Shown: piece after piece, positions 34,910-43,732 of the stretch
Layout of the letters: every line of letters starts with the position of its first letter
Numbering within the stretch: position 1 is the first letter of the stretch
Source of the DNA: Acidobacteriota bacterium
Lineage (GTDB): Bacteria; Acidobacteriota; UBA890
Direction: 5' to 3'
Length of the DNA: 64,000 nt
Assembly: GCA_965216935.1 (NCBI GenBank)
Contig: OZ244217.1
Span: forward strand, 3,597,565-3,661,564
The notes under the pieces: model-generated
What the model saw: the letters and a program-made list of their open reading frames with translations, nothing else
What the model was told of the DNA's origin: nothing
Database searches by the model: none
Program-made: the position numbers and the translations under genes

Positions 34910-35881
34910 ATGAAGACTCTCACCTGCTCCGCGCTGCTGCTGCTTCTGATTGGTTCGGCCTCGCCGGCCGCGCCAGCGCCTGAGTGGTCGTTCTCGCTCA
35001 CCGCCGGATCCCTGGTGTACGAGCACCACGGCGAAGATCGCGTCAACATACATCGGTACGTCGCCGGCGACCCCGAGCCGGTCCCGCTGACCTCCCACCG
35101 AGCCAATGACCTTCGGCCGCGCTGGTCACCGGACGGAACCCGTGTGGCGTTCCATTCCGACCTCGAGGGTTCCAACGACATCTTCATCGTCAACGCCGAC
35201 GGCAGCGGCTTGCGGCGAATCACCGACCACCCGGGGGAGGATTTCGATCCGGATTGGATGCCCGACGGACGGCTCGTGTTCGCCTCGGACCGGGACGGCG
35301 ACCAGAACATCTGGATCATGGACCTGGACAGCGGCGCCACGAGCCAACTGACCCACTACGACGGCGGCCGCACCGGCGGACCTACGCCGTCCGCGGACGG
35401 GCGGCGGATCGCCTTTTCGTCGGACCAGCTCTTCTCCTGGCAGGTCTATGTTCTCGACAGTCGCAGCGGCGACATCGAGCGACTCACCGGGCCCATCCCC
35501 GGCCGCTGCAACCCGGCCTGGAGGCCGGCCACCGACCTGATCGCCTACATGGCGGGAGGCGATCTCGTGGGTACCGACCTGCGGACGGTCGGGGCGGACG
35601 GAAGCGGCGGCGACAACCTTGCCGGGAGCGAGGGCGACAACCAGGATCCGCAGTACGCCGAGGACGGATCTCGGCTCGTGTGGGTTACCGACCGCCACGG
35701 AAGCTGGGAGATCTACGAGGCCGCCGGTGACGGCTCTGGCGAGCGGCGCGTCAGCACCACGCCGGAGGACGAGCGCCACCCGGACCTGTTCCTCGGCCCG
35801 TTGCCTTCGTCCCGTACCGGCCACGCGTCCCGAGCGGTCGGTATCACCGCGCCCTACCCTAACTCTCGCCGCTCGCCGTAG
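34910..35881 (+). CDS. secreted WD40-like (PD40/TolB-type) beta-propeller repeat protein
   Basis: Signal peptide MKTLTCSALLLLLIGSASPAAPA and repeats WSPDGTRVAFHSD / WMPDGRLVFASDRDGDQNIWIMD. Confidence 0.75.
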   Translation: MKTLTCSALLLLLIGSASPAAPAPEWSFSLTAGSLVYEHHGEDRVNIHRYVAGDPEPVPLTSHRANDLRPRWSPDGTRVAFHSDLEGSNDIFIVNADGSGLRRITDHPGEDFDPDWMPDGRLVFASDRDGDQNIWIMDLDSGATSQLTHYDGGRTGGPTPSADGRRIAFSSDQLFSWQVYVLDSRSGDIERLTGPIPGRCNPAWRPATDLIAYMAGGDLVGTDLRTVGADGSGGDNLAGSEGDNQDPQYAEDGSRLVWVTDRHGSWEIYEAAGDGSGERRVSTTPEDERHPDLFLGPLPSSRTGHASRAVGITAPYPNSRRSP

Positions 35882-37064
35882 GGACCGTCCCCGTCAGGAA
35901 GGGCGCCTCCAATCGGTAGCGGATGATTCTCTGCCGATCCGTCTCGGGGTCGGTCTCGAGCCCGTAGACCGCATTCCCCAGCGAGCGGATCCAGCTTCGA
36001 TCGGAGATCAGGCCGGTGAAGACACGCTCGCCTTCCGGAGAATAGACATCGACGGGAACAACGTCCCGCTGCCAGGACCCGTCGGTGTACGGAAACACAT
36101 ACAGGTTCCCCTGCCCATCGACGCGCAAGGCGTGCCCACGCCCCGGCCCTCGCCGGCCCCCCTGCGGGACCGTGAGCTCGGGCGGCGGCGCGTCTGCGGC
36201 GGGCGACGAAACGGCGGGTACGTCCACATGCACGATCCACTTCGCCGCACCCGTGCTGTCGAACGCCTGGATCACGTATTCGTCGCCCCGGGTCAGATAG
36301 ACGTCTCCGGTCCGGGTCGCGACAAAGCCGGGCCGACCTCGGGGCGATGTCGCACCGCGCGGCCGCGGCGAGACGGCTCCGTACGTCAGCCCGTCGTCGT
36401 TTTCGATCGCGACCTTCTCGACGCTGTACCAGGGCCGACGGTCTCGGTCCAGCATCTCGAACGAGCCCACCAGGGAACCGTCGGCAGTGCCCTGCACATC
36501 GCGGGAAAACGCCCGCCGCATCAGCGACCGGTCATAGAGATGCCGACCATCGAGCGTCCACACGGTGATCTTGTTGCCCGTGCTGATCGCCAGCTTGTCG
36601 CCGGCCACGGCGATCCAGCCGTGTCGGAACGGCGCCATCTCGCCGGCCCCACCGAAGGCCCGCTCGAAACCGCCGTCCGCTCCGTAGACCACGATGCGGT
36701 AACGACCGCTGTCGTGGATGTACATCCTGCCGGCTTCGTCGACCGCGATCCCCACCGCGTCGTCGAAGTCGAAGCGACGATCCTCCGGGCGCTCGTCGAT
36801 GACGAGGTCTTCGACCAGCCTGATCAGCTGTCCTTCCCGATCCGCCAGCGACACCGGTGGATAGTGGAGCCAGCGAGCCGGCCCCGCCGTGGGCTCGCCC
36901 GGCGCCACATATGGCGGCGGTTGGTCGATCTCTACGCCCCGGGGGCCCGCCTCCGTGGCGGCGGCCGGAACCTCGACCGCCGCGGGCGTCTCCGTGGGGA
37001 CACCGACGGGAGGGACGCTGCCGGCACATGCAACGCCGGCCGGCACGACGAGGCCGAAGATCAC
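35859..37064 (-). CDS. beta-propeller (NHL/TolB-like) repeat protein, probable lipoprotein; start uncertain
   Basis: Repeated VYGADGGFERAFGG-type blades. A GTG start gives MIFGLVVPAGVACAGS. The ORF-track 485-aa version has an Arg-rich N-terminal extension. Confidence 0.4.
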   Translation of the reverse strand: MIFGLVVPAGVACAGSVPPVGVPTETPAAVEVPAAATEAGPRGVEIDQPPPYVAPGEPTAGPARWLHYPPVSLADREGQLIRLVEDLVIDERPEDRRFDFDDAVGIAVDEAGRMYIHDSGRYRIVVYGADGGFERAFGGAGEMAPFRHGWIAVAGDKLAISTGNKITVWTLDGRHLYDRSLMRRAFSRDVQGTADGSLVGSFEMLDRDRRPWYSVEKVAIENDDGLTYGAVSPRPRGATSPRGRPGFVATRTGDVYLTRGDEYVIQAFDSTGAAKWIVHVDVPAVSSPAADAPPPELTVPQGGRRGPGRGHALRVDGQGNLYVFPYTDGSWQRDVVPVDVYSPEGERVFTGLISDRSWIRSLGNAVYGLETDPETDRQRIIRYRLEAPFLTGTVPTASGES

Positions 37065-37378
37065 GGCGCGCCACCAACCACCTCTGCAACGGTGGCGCGG
37101 CGCCCGCCGGGCAACGGCGCCGGCGCGGCCCTCATACTGCCGCGCGCCGACTCGGCATTCGGCACCCCGTGTACGGGCGTGCGCATGGAGTCTGGCTTCC
37201 TTCGACAAGGTCGTCACCTCCGATCCCGACGATACTAGCAAGGCATGGCTCCGATGACCCGGCGTCCGCCCGAGGGCAGGAGCCCCGAGCCGGCCCGCCC
37301 TCCCGCTCGCCGACAAACTTGACGCCCGTTCTTGCCGCCACCTACGATCAACGGATCATCTAGCCTGGGGACACTGGC

Positions 37379-38494
37379 GTGCGCTCAATCGCGGTATGCA
37401 ACCTGAAGGGAGGCGTCGGCAAGACGACGTCGACCGTGAACATCGGCGCGAGCCTCGCTCGCAGCGGCAAGTCCGTGCTCCTGGTCGACTGCGACCCTCA
37501 GGCGAGCCTGACGACCTGGCTGAGAGCCACGCCCCACAACGGCGAGCCGACTCTCTACGACATCCTGCGCGGACAGGCGACCGTACGGACCGCGGCGGTA
37601 CCCACACGGTGGGAGAACCTCAGCGTGGTTCCGGCCGAGTCGCGGCTGAACGAGATCGACCGCGGGGCGCTCGCCGGCGAGCGGGTTCTCTGGGCCCGCA
37701 TGAGCGACGACTACGACTACGCGATCTTCGACTGCTCCGCTTCCCCCGGGGTGGTGCTCACGAACGCGCTGACCGCGTCGGACGGAATCGTCGTTCCGGT
37801 CCAGGCCAAGGGAATGGCCTTGGGAGGCATCGAGCGGCTGCAGCGCCTGCTCGCCGACGTCGCCAGAGGCAGCGGCAACCTGATCAACCTCGCCGGCATC
37901 CTGGTGTGCCTCTTCGACGGCCGGACGAAGATCTCCCGAATGGTCCTGGGCGAGCTGCGCGCAAAGTACTCCGGGCTGGTCTTCGACACCGTGATTCATG
38001 AGGACGTGAAGCTCTCGGAAGCCGCCGATCGTCGGCTCCCGGCCGTGGAGCACGCCCCCGACTCGCGCGCAGCGGCGGAGTACGCCGCGGTGGCATTCGA
38101 GCTCATGACGCGTAACCTGGGGACCGTACCGGGCCGGGACGGCGCCGGCGCGAGGTCGGGCGGCGTGCAACGCAACCTCATGGGCGACGGTCCGTCGCAT
38201 GTCCCCTCGCCGGCTGCGGCGGCAACCTCGACTGCGCCGCACCGCGCCGCGGTCACGACCGGCTCGGTCGGCGCGACGGCCCCTGCAGGCGCGGCGATGG
38301 CCGCCACCGAGGCGGCCACCGAAGCCCCCCAACCGGGCACCGGCCTGGCTGCCATCGCCGAGGGCCCGAACGAGGCCGAGCTCACACCGGCCACTCCGGC
38401 GCACAAAGACACTCGGCCGTCGACGACGCGGACCGCTACCCGCCGTGCCGCCCCTCGGGTGGGCTTGCCGCAACTCCAGTACGGGCACGACTGA
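37379..38494 (+). CDS. orphan ParA/MinD-family P-loop ATPase with ~120-aa Pro/Ala/Thr-rich disordered C-terminal extension
   Basis: Deviant Walker A CNLKGGVGKTTSTVNIG and LLVDCDPQASLTTWL, with a GTG start. No parB or parS partner was detected nearby. Confidence 0.8.
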   Translation: MRSIAVCNLKGGVGKTTSTVNIGASLARSGKSVLLVDCDPQASLTTWLRATPHNGEPTLYDILRGQATVRTAAVPTRWENLSVVPAESRLNEIDRGALAGERVLWARMSDDYDYAIFDCSASPGVVLTNALTASDGIVVPVQAKGMALGGIERLQRLLADVARGSGNLINLAGILVCLFDGRTKISRMVLGELRAKYSGLVFDTVIHEDVKLSEAADRRLPAVEHAPDSRAAAEYAAVAFELMTRNLGTVPGRDGAGARSGGVQRNLMGDGPSHVPSPAAAATSTAPHRAAVTTGSVGATAPAGAAMAATEAATEAPQPGTGLAAIAEGPNEAELTPATPAHKDTRPSTTRTATRRAAPRVGLPQLQYGHD

Positions 38495-38527
38495 TCCGCC
38501 ATCCTTCCACTCGTACGGGGAGCTGAC

Positions 38528-39265
38528 GTGGACCGCTACCATCCCTCCCGCTGGCCGTTGGCGATCTGGGTGGCGTTGTCCATCGGCCTGGGGCTGCTCC
38601 GCGTTCCCTACACCCTCGGCTCGTTTTCCTTCGCTCCGGCAGTCGCGCTCCTGTCGGGCACCTGGCTCGGATGGCGCCGCGCCGGCCTGGTACAGGTGCT
38701 GGCGTTGGCCGGATCGCTCGCCGTCGTGGCGGTGTTTCCAGAGCTCGGAAATGTCGGCGACTGGGGCTTTCGCCTCGGGCTCGTCGCCGCGGCAATGATC
38801 GCCGGGGCGATCGCCCGCCCGGACGGAAACGGCGCCCACCCCACGCGGACGATCCGGCTGGCGGTGTTCGGTGCAGCCGGTGCCACGGCTGCCCTGGTCA
38901 TGATCGTCGTGCCGAGGCAAACGTCCGGTGTGCTGTTCGCCCTGACGTTCCTGCTGGCGACCTCGATCGCGGTTTTCTACGCCTATCGGATGGTGCCGGA
39001 GCCCGGACGGGTCATCGGGTACGCCTTTTGCCTCATTCCGTACTACGCTGCCGGCATCTCGTGGAACCTGGTGGTGTCGCGCTTTTTCCCCGCTCGAGCC
39101 GCTCTCGCCGGGATCCCCGACGACTGGGACGAAATCCTGTTTCATGCCTATTTCGCCCACCTCCCGAGCGAGCTGATTGCCGTCGTCGTGATCGCGTACC
39201 TGGTGTGCGCGCTCGACCGTGGCGGACTGTCTCGTGGGCCGATGGCGATCGGCTCGTCGCGTTGA
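38528..39265 (+). CDS. hypothetical polytopic membrane protein
   Basis: About 6 predicted TM helices in 245 aa, directly downstream of the orphan parA. Confidence 0.45.
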   Translation: MDRYHPSRWPLAIWVALSIGLGLLRVPYTLGSFSFAPAVALLSGTWLGWRRAGLVQVLALAGSLAVVAVFPELGNVGDWGFRLGLVAAAMIAGAIARPDGNGAHPTRTIRLAVFGAAGATAALVMIVVPRQTSGVLFALTFLLATSIAVFYAYRMVPEPGRVIGYAFCLIPYYAAGISWNLVVSRFFPARAALAGIPDDWDEILFHAYFAHLPSELIAVVVIAYLVCALDRGGLSRGPMAIGSSR

Positions 39266-39372
39266 CCTGTTCGCGCGAGCGCGGCTATAATCCCCGTTTC
39301 CAGGGTTTTGCGGTCTACGAGTCCGTTTGGCCGCGGCCGATCCCCGCCTGGGGACGCGGCACAAGGGAAAGA

Positions 39373-39445
39373 AGGCGCGTAGCTCAGTTGGGAGAGCGCT
39401 TCCCTGACGCGGAAGAGGTCGTCGGTTCGAGCCCGGCCGCGCCTA
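39373..39445 (+). tRNA. tRNA-Val (anticodon GAC)
   Basis: Cloverleaf: acceptor AGGCGCG/CGCGCCT, D-arm GCTC-AGTTGGGA-GAGC, anticodon stem CTTCC/GGAAG with loop CTGACGC, T-arm GTCGG-TTCGAGC-CCGGC, discriminator A. No CCA is encoded. Confidence 0.9.
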
Positions 39446-39494
39446 CTCATTTCCCCGATTTCCCGCCATTCCTGCACGCCGGCGTCGAAGAAGA

Positions 39495-41471
39495 ATGTCC
39501 GAATCCATCGCTTTGAACATCGAAGGTCGGGAGGTCACCGTCCCGGTGGGTACCCGCGTGGGCGAGGTTCTCGAGGAGCACGCGCCCGACTGGCTGAAGG
39601 GCGCCATCGCCGTACGGCTCGGCGAGCAGGTCCTCGACTTCCAGATGGCGGTCCCGGGCTCCGGCGAGCTCGTCGCGGTGCGTGCCGGCGACGACACGCC
39701 GATGTCGCTCGAGCTTTGCCGGCACACCACCTCGCACGTCATGGCCCAGGCCGTCAAGCAGCTGTACGACGACGTGCAGGTCGGCATCGGCCCGGCGACC
39801 GACGACGGCTTCTACTACGACTTTCTGCGCGGCGAGCCGTTCACTCCGGATGATCTACAGAAGATCGAGCAGCGCATGCGCAAGCTCATCAAGCGCAATC
39901 AGAAGCTCGAACGGATCGAAATGACCAAGGCCGAGGCCGAGGAGCTCTTCGCCGGCAAGGGCGAGGAGCTGAAGGTCGAGCTCATCCGCGACAAGGGCGG
40001 CGATCTGGTTTCCTGCTATCAGCAAGGCGATTTCATCGACTTCTGCACCGGCCCACACCTGGCATCCACCGGGAAGATCCCGGCGATCAAGCTCATGCAC
40101 ACCGCCGCGGCCCACTGGCGCGGCCGCGACGACGCCCCGATGATGCAGCGCATCTACGGCACGGCGTTCTTCTCGGACGAGGACCTGAAGGCCTTCCTCG
40201 AGCACATCGAGGAAGCGCAACGCCGCGACCACCGCCGGCTCGGCATCGATCTGGATCTCTTCCACTTCGACGAAAGCGCCGGCCCCGGCATGGCCTTCTG
40301 GCACCCGAAGGGCGGCATGGTGCGCCACGAGATCGAAACCTTCCTGAAGGACGAGCAACTGGCGCGCGGCTACGACGTCGTCTACACGCCGCACATTGCC
40401 CGCTCGCACCTGTGGGAGACCTCGGGGCACTACGCCTACTACAAGGACAACATGTTCACGCTCGACGTCGACGAGCACGAGTACGTCCTGAAGCCGATGA
40501 ACTGCCCGGGGCACATCCTGATCTATCAGAAGGGCACCCGTTCGTACCGCGATCTGCCGATCCGTTACAGCGAGTTCGGGACCGTCTACCGCAACGAGCT
40601 GTCCGGTGTTCTGCACGGCATGCTGCGCGTCCGCGGCTTCACCCAAGACGACGCCCATATCTTCTGCACTCCGGAGCAGATCCAGCAGGAGGTCTCCGCC
40701 GCGCTCGACCTCTGTCTTCACATCATGGAGACCTTCGGGTACGACGAGTACCGCATCGACCTTTCGCTGCACGATCCGGACGACTTCGACAAGTACGCCG
40801 GCGACGAGGCCCAGTGGGCGATGGCGGAATCCGCTCTGGCGGACGCCCTCGACGCGATGGGGCTCGTTTACGAGCGCCAGGCCGGCGAGGCGGCCTTCTA
40901 CGGCCCCAAGATCGACTTCCATCTTATCGACGCGCTTGGCCGCGCCTGGCAAGGATCGACCGTCCAGCTCGACTTCAACCTGCCGGAGCGGTTCGACCTG
41001 ACCTATGTCGGCGACGACGGGCGGCCGCACCGCACGGTGATGATTCACCGAGCGATCTACGGCTCGCTCGAGCGCTTTGTCGGCGGCTTGATCGAGCACT
41101 ACGCCGGAGCGTTTCCGCTCTGGCTGGCGCCGGTTCAGGCGATCGTCCTGCCGATCGCCGATGACCGACACATGGACTACGCCCAGAAGGTGGCAGCGGA
41201 GCTGGAGCAAGCCGGCCTACGGGTCGAGGTCGATCGTCATAGCGGCAAGTTGGGCGCCAAGATTCGCGATGCGCAGATGCAGAAGATTCCGTTCATGCTC
41301 ATCGTCGGCGACCGTGACATGGAAGAAAACCAGATCTCCGTGCGTCATCGCAGTGCCGGAGATCTCGGCAGCCAAACCGTGGAGGAATTTCTCACGCAGG
41401 CGAGGCAAGACATAGACGCCCGCGCTGTGCGAGAATGGCCCCTACGTGAAGGTTCGGCGACGCCGGCCTGA
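39495..41471 (+). CDS. thrS: threonine--tRNA ligase
   Basis: TGS and second-additional domains, a class II core (HRAIYGSLERF), and 658 aa. Confidence 0.95.
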   Translation: MSESIALNIEGREVTVPVGTRVGEVLEEHAPDWLKGAIAVRLGEQVLDFQMAVPGSGELVAVRAGDDTPMSLELCRHTTSHVMAQAVKQLYDDVQVGIGPATDDGFYYDFLRGEPFTPDDLQKIEQRMRKLIKRNQKLERIEMTKAEAEELFAGKGEELKVELIRDKGGDLVSCYQQGDFIDFCTGPHLASTGKIPAIKLMHTAAAHWRGRDDAPMMQRIYGTAFFSDEDLKAFLEHIEEAQRRDHRRLGIDLDLFHFDESAGPGMAFWHPKGGMVRHEIETFLKDEQLARGYDVVYTPHIARSHLWETSGHYAYYKDNMFTLDVDEHEYVLKPMNCPGHILIYQKGTRSYRDLPIRYSEFGTVYRNELSGVLHGMLRVRGFTQDDAHIFCTPEQIQQEVSAALDLCLHIMETFGYDEYRIDLSLHDPDDFDKYAGDEAQWAMAESALADALDAMGLVYERQAGEAAFYGPKIDFHLIDALGRAWQGSTVQLDFNLPERFDLTYVGDDGRPHRTVMIHRAIYGSLERFVGGLIEHYAGAFPLWLAPVQAIVLPIADDRHMDYAQKVAAELEQAGLRVEVDRHSGKLGAKIRDAQMQKIPFMLIVGDRDMEENQISVRHRSAGDLGSQTVEEFLTQARQDIDARAVREWPLREGSATPA

Positions 41472-41519
41472 AGACGTGTCCGCGCCTCTGGGGCGGCGGA
41501 CCAAGACAGGAGTCATCGT

Positions 41520-42029
41520 ATTACCGAACAGAGAAAACACCGGACCAACGACCAAATCAGGGTGCCGCAAGTCCGACTGATCGACGCCGAAGGCGAGCAG
41601 CTGGGCGTCGTTCCCACGGACGCGGCGAGGATTCGAGCCAAGGAGCTCGAGCTCGACCTCGTGGAAGTGGCACCGAACGCGGACCCGCCCGTGTGTCGCT
41701 TGATGGACTACGGCAAGTACGCGTACCGGATCGCCAAGGAACAAAAGCAGCGCCCGCACAACACACAGCTCAAGGAAGTGAAGTTTCGTCCGAAGATCGA
41801 CGAGCACGACTACTCGTTCAAGATGAAACACATCCAGCGCTTCCTGAGTCAGGGACACATGGTCAAGGCAACGATCATGTTCCGCGGACGCGAGGTCGTA
41901 CATCCGGAATTCGGAAGAAAGATCTTGGACCGCGTCGTCGAGGAGCTCGGTGACGCCGTGCGTATCGACAAGCCGCCGCGCATGGAAGGGCGCCTGATGC
42001 ACATGATCATCACGCCCAAGCGCGACTGA
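41520..42029 (+). CDS. infC: translation initiation factor IF-3, ATT start codon
   Basis: In-frame ATT gives ITEQRKHRTNDQIRVPQVRLIDAEGEQLGV, the conserved IF-3 N-terminus. CAGGAG RBS is 7 nt upstream. The ORF-track ATG start would truncate the N-domain. Confidence 0.9.
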   Translation: MTEQRKHRTNDQIRVPQVRLIDAEGEQLGVVPTDAARIRAKELELDLVEVAPNADPPVCRLMDYGKYAYRIAKEQKQRPHNTQLKEVKFRPKIDEHDYSFKMKHIQRFLSQGHMVKATIMFRGREVVHPEFGRKILDRVVEELGDAVRIDKPPRMEGRLMHMIITPKRD

Positions 42030-42080
42030 GCGACTACGCCCGTCCGCACATTTGGCCGTTTTGAAAACAGGGGTACCGAA

Positions 42081-42284
42081 ATGCCGAAAATGAAGAATCA
42101 TCGTGGTGCCGCCAAGCGCGTCAAGCGCACGGGTACGGGCAAGTTCTCCCGGCATCACGCCTACGCCAGCCATCTGATGGGTCACAAGTCGAGCAAGCGG
42201 AAGCGCAACCTGCGGAAGTCGGCGATCGTCAGCGACGCCGACCATCAGCGCCTCGCGCGGCTGCTGCCGGAACGCTACAGCTGA
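42081..42284 (+). CDS. rpmI: 50S ribosomal protein L35
   Basis: [27 protein letters not shown]. Confidence 0.95.
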   Translation: MPKMKNHRGAAKRVKRTGTGKFSRHHAYASHLMGHKSSKRKRNLRKSAIVSDADHQRLARLLPERYS

Positions 42285-42313
42285 CGGTCGACGTCGAATA
42301 ACGGAGGAATCTC

Positions 42314-42673
42314 ATGGCCCGTGTGAAGCGCGGCAACGTCCACAAGAACCGGCGCCGCCGCATACTCAAGCAAGCCAAGGGCTACTACGGATCTGACAGC
42401 CGGCTGTATGCCTCTGCGCGCGATGCGGTCGATCGCGCCATGCAGTACGCTTACTCCGGCCGCAAGCGCAAGAAGCGCGACTTCCGCCGCCTGTGGATCA
42501 CCCGCATCAATGCCGCCTGCCGGCAGAACGACATTTCCTACAGTCGCTTTATCGCCGGCCTGAAGGCCGCCGGCGTCGGTCTCGACCGCAAGGTGCTGGC
42601 GGAGATCGCCGTCGAGGACCCCGAAGTCTTCTCCCAGCTGACCACCGCGGCGAAAGACTCCCTCGCCGCCTGA
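42314..42673 (+). CDS. rplT: 50S ribosomal protein L20
   Basis: [26 protein letters not shown]. Confidence 0.95.
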   Translation: MARVKRGNVHKNRRRRILKQAKGYYGSDSRLYASARDAVDRAMQYAYSGRKRKKRDFRRLWITRINAACRQNDISYSRFIAGLKAAGVGLDRKVLAEIAVEDPEVFSQLTTAAKDSLAA

Positions 42674-42694
42674 TCCGTCCGGGAAGGCGGCACC

Positions 42695-43726
42695 GTGGCC
42701 GATGACGCGGCACACCGGAATCCGGAAGCTCCGGCCTCCGACCCACTCGCCGAGATCCGGGACCTCCTGCGCGATTTCGAAGGCGAAGCGGTCGAGGTGC
42801 GCGATCAGCCCGGTCTCGACGAGCTCCGCGCCCGCTACATAGGTCGCAAGCGCGGCAGGCTCACCGCCGTCTTCGACGGCCTGCGCAATGTCGCCAAGGA
42901 GTCGCGCGGCGAGGTCGGGCGAGCGGCGAACCACGCCCGCAGCACGATCGAGGCGCGCCTCGACGAGCTGAGCGGCAGTCTCTCGACGACAGCCGACGAG
43001 GGCGCCGAGCAACTCGACGTGACCCTCCCGGGCCGCGTCGACGAGGGTGGCTCCCTGCACCCGATCACGCTGGCACTGGAGGAGATCGTCAGCGTATTCA
43101 CCCGCATGGGATACAAGGTGGTGGGCGGCCCGGAGGTCGAGCACGACTTCTACAACTTCGAGGCCCTCAATATCCCGCGCGACCACCCGGCGCGCGATAT
43201 CCAGGACACGCTGTACCTGAACGACGACTGGCTGCTCCGCACGCATACGTCGCCGGTGCAGATTCGCACCATGCAGAAGCAGGAGCCGCCGCTGGCGATC
43301 ATCGTGCCCGGGCGGGTCTACCGTCGCGATACCCCGGACGCCACCCATACGCCTTCGTTCGTCCAGTGCGAGGGTCTGGTGATCGACCGCAACATCACCA
43401 TGGCCGACCTCAAGGGGACACTCGATCACTTCGCCAAAGCGCTGTTCGGGCCCCACACCGAAACCCGCCTGCGGCCCGGATATTTTCCGTTCACCGAGCC
43501 CTCGGCCGAGATGGACGCCAATGCCGGCGACGGCTGGATCGAGATGCTCGGCTGCGGCATGGTCCACCCGAACGTGCTCGAAGCGGTCGGCTACGACCCG
43601 CAGGTCTGGCAGGGATTCGCTTTCGGGATGGGGATCGACCGCATCGCCGCACTGCGATTCGGCATTCAGGACATCCGCATCTTTTACGAGAACGACGCCC
43701 GCTTCCTGCGTCAGTTCGCCGTCTGA
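42695..43726 (+). CDS. pheS: phenylalanine--tRNA ligase alpha subunit
   Basis: Class II motifs FPFTEPSAEMD and GMGIDRIA. Confidence 0.9.
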   Translation: MADDAAHRNPEAPASDPLAEIRDLLRDFEGEAVEVRDQPGLDELRARYIGRKRGRLTAVFDGLRNVAKESRGEVGRAANHARSTIEARLDELSGSLSTTADEGAEQLDVTLPGRVDEGGSLHPITLALEEIVSVFTRMGYKVVGGPEVEHDFYNFEALNIPRDHPARDIQDTLYLNDDWLLRTHTSPVQIRTMQKQEPPLAIIVPGRVYRRDTPDATHTPSFVQCEGLVIDRNITMADLKGTLDHFAKALFGPHTETRLRPGYFPFTEPSAEMDANAGDGWIEMLGCGMVHPNVLEAVGYDPQVWQGFAFGMGIDRIAALRFGIQDIRIFYENDARFLRQFAV

Positions 43727-43732
43727 CCTGCC

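Noticed and set aside
39373-39445. tRNA-Val as an integration site for a mobile element carrying the downstream genes
   Set aside because: The flanking genes are core housekeeping (thrS, infC, pheST). No integrase and no direct repeat of the tRNA 3' end was seen.
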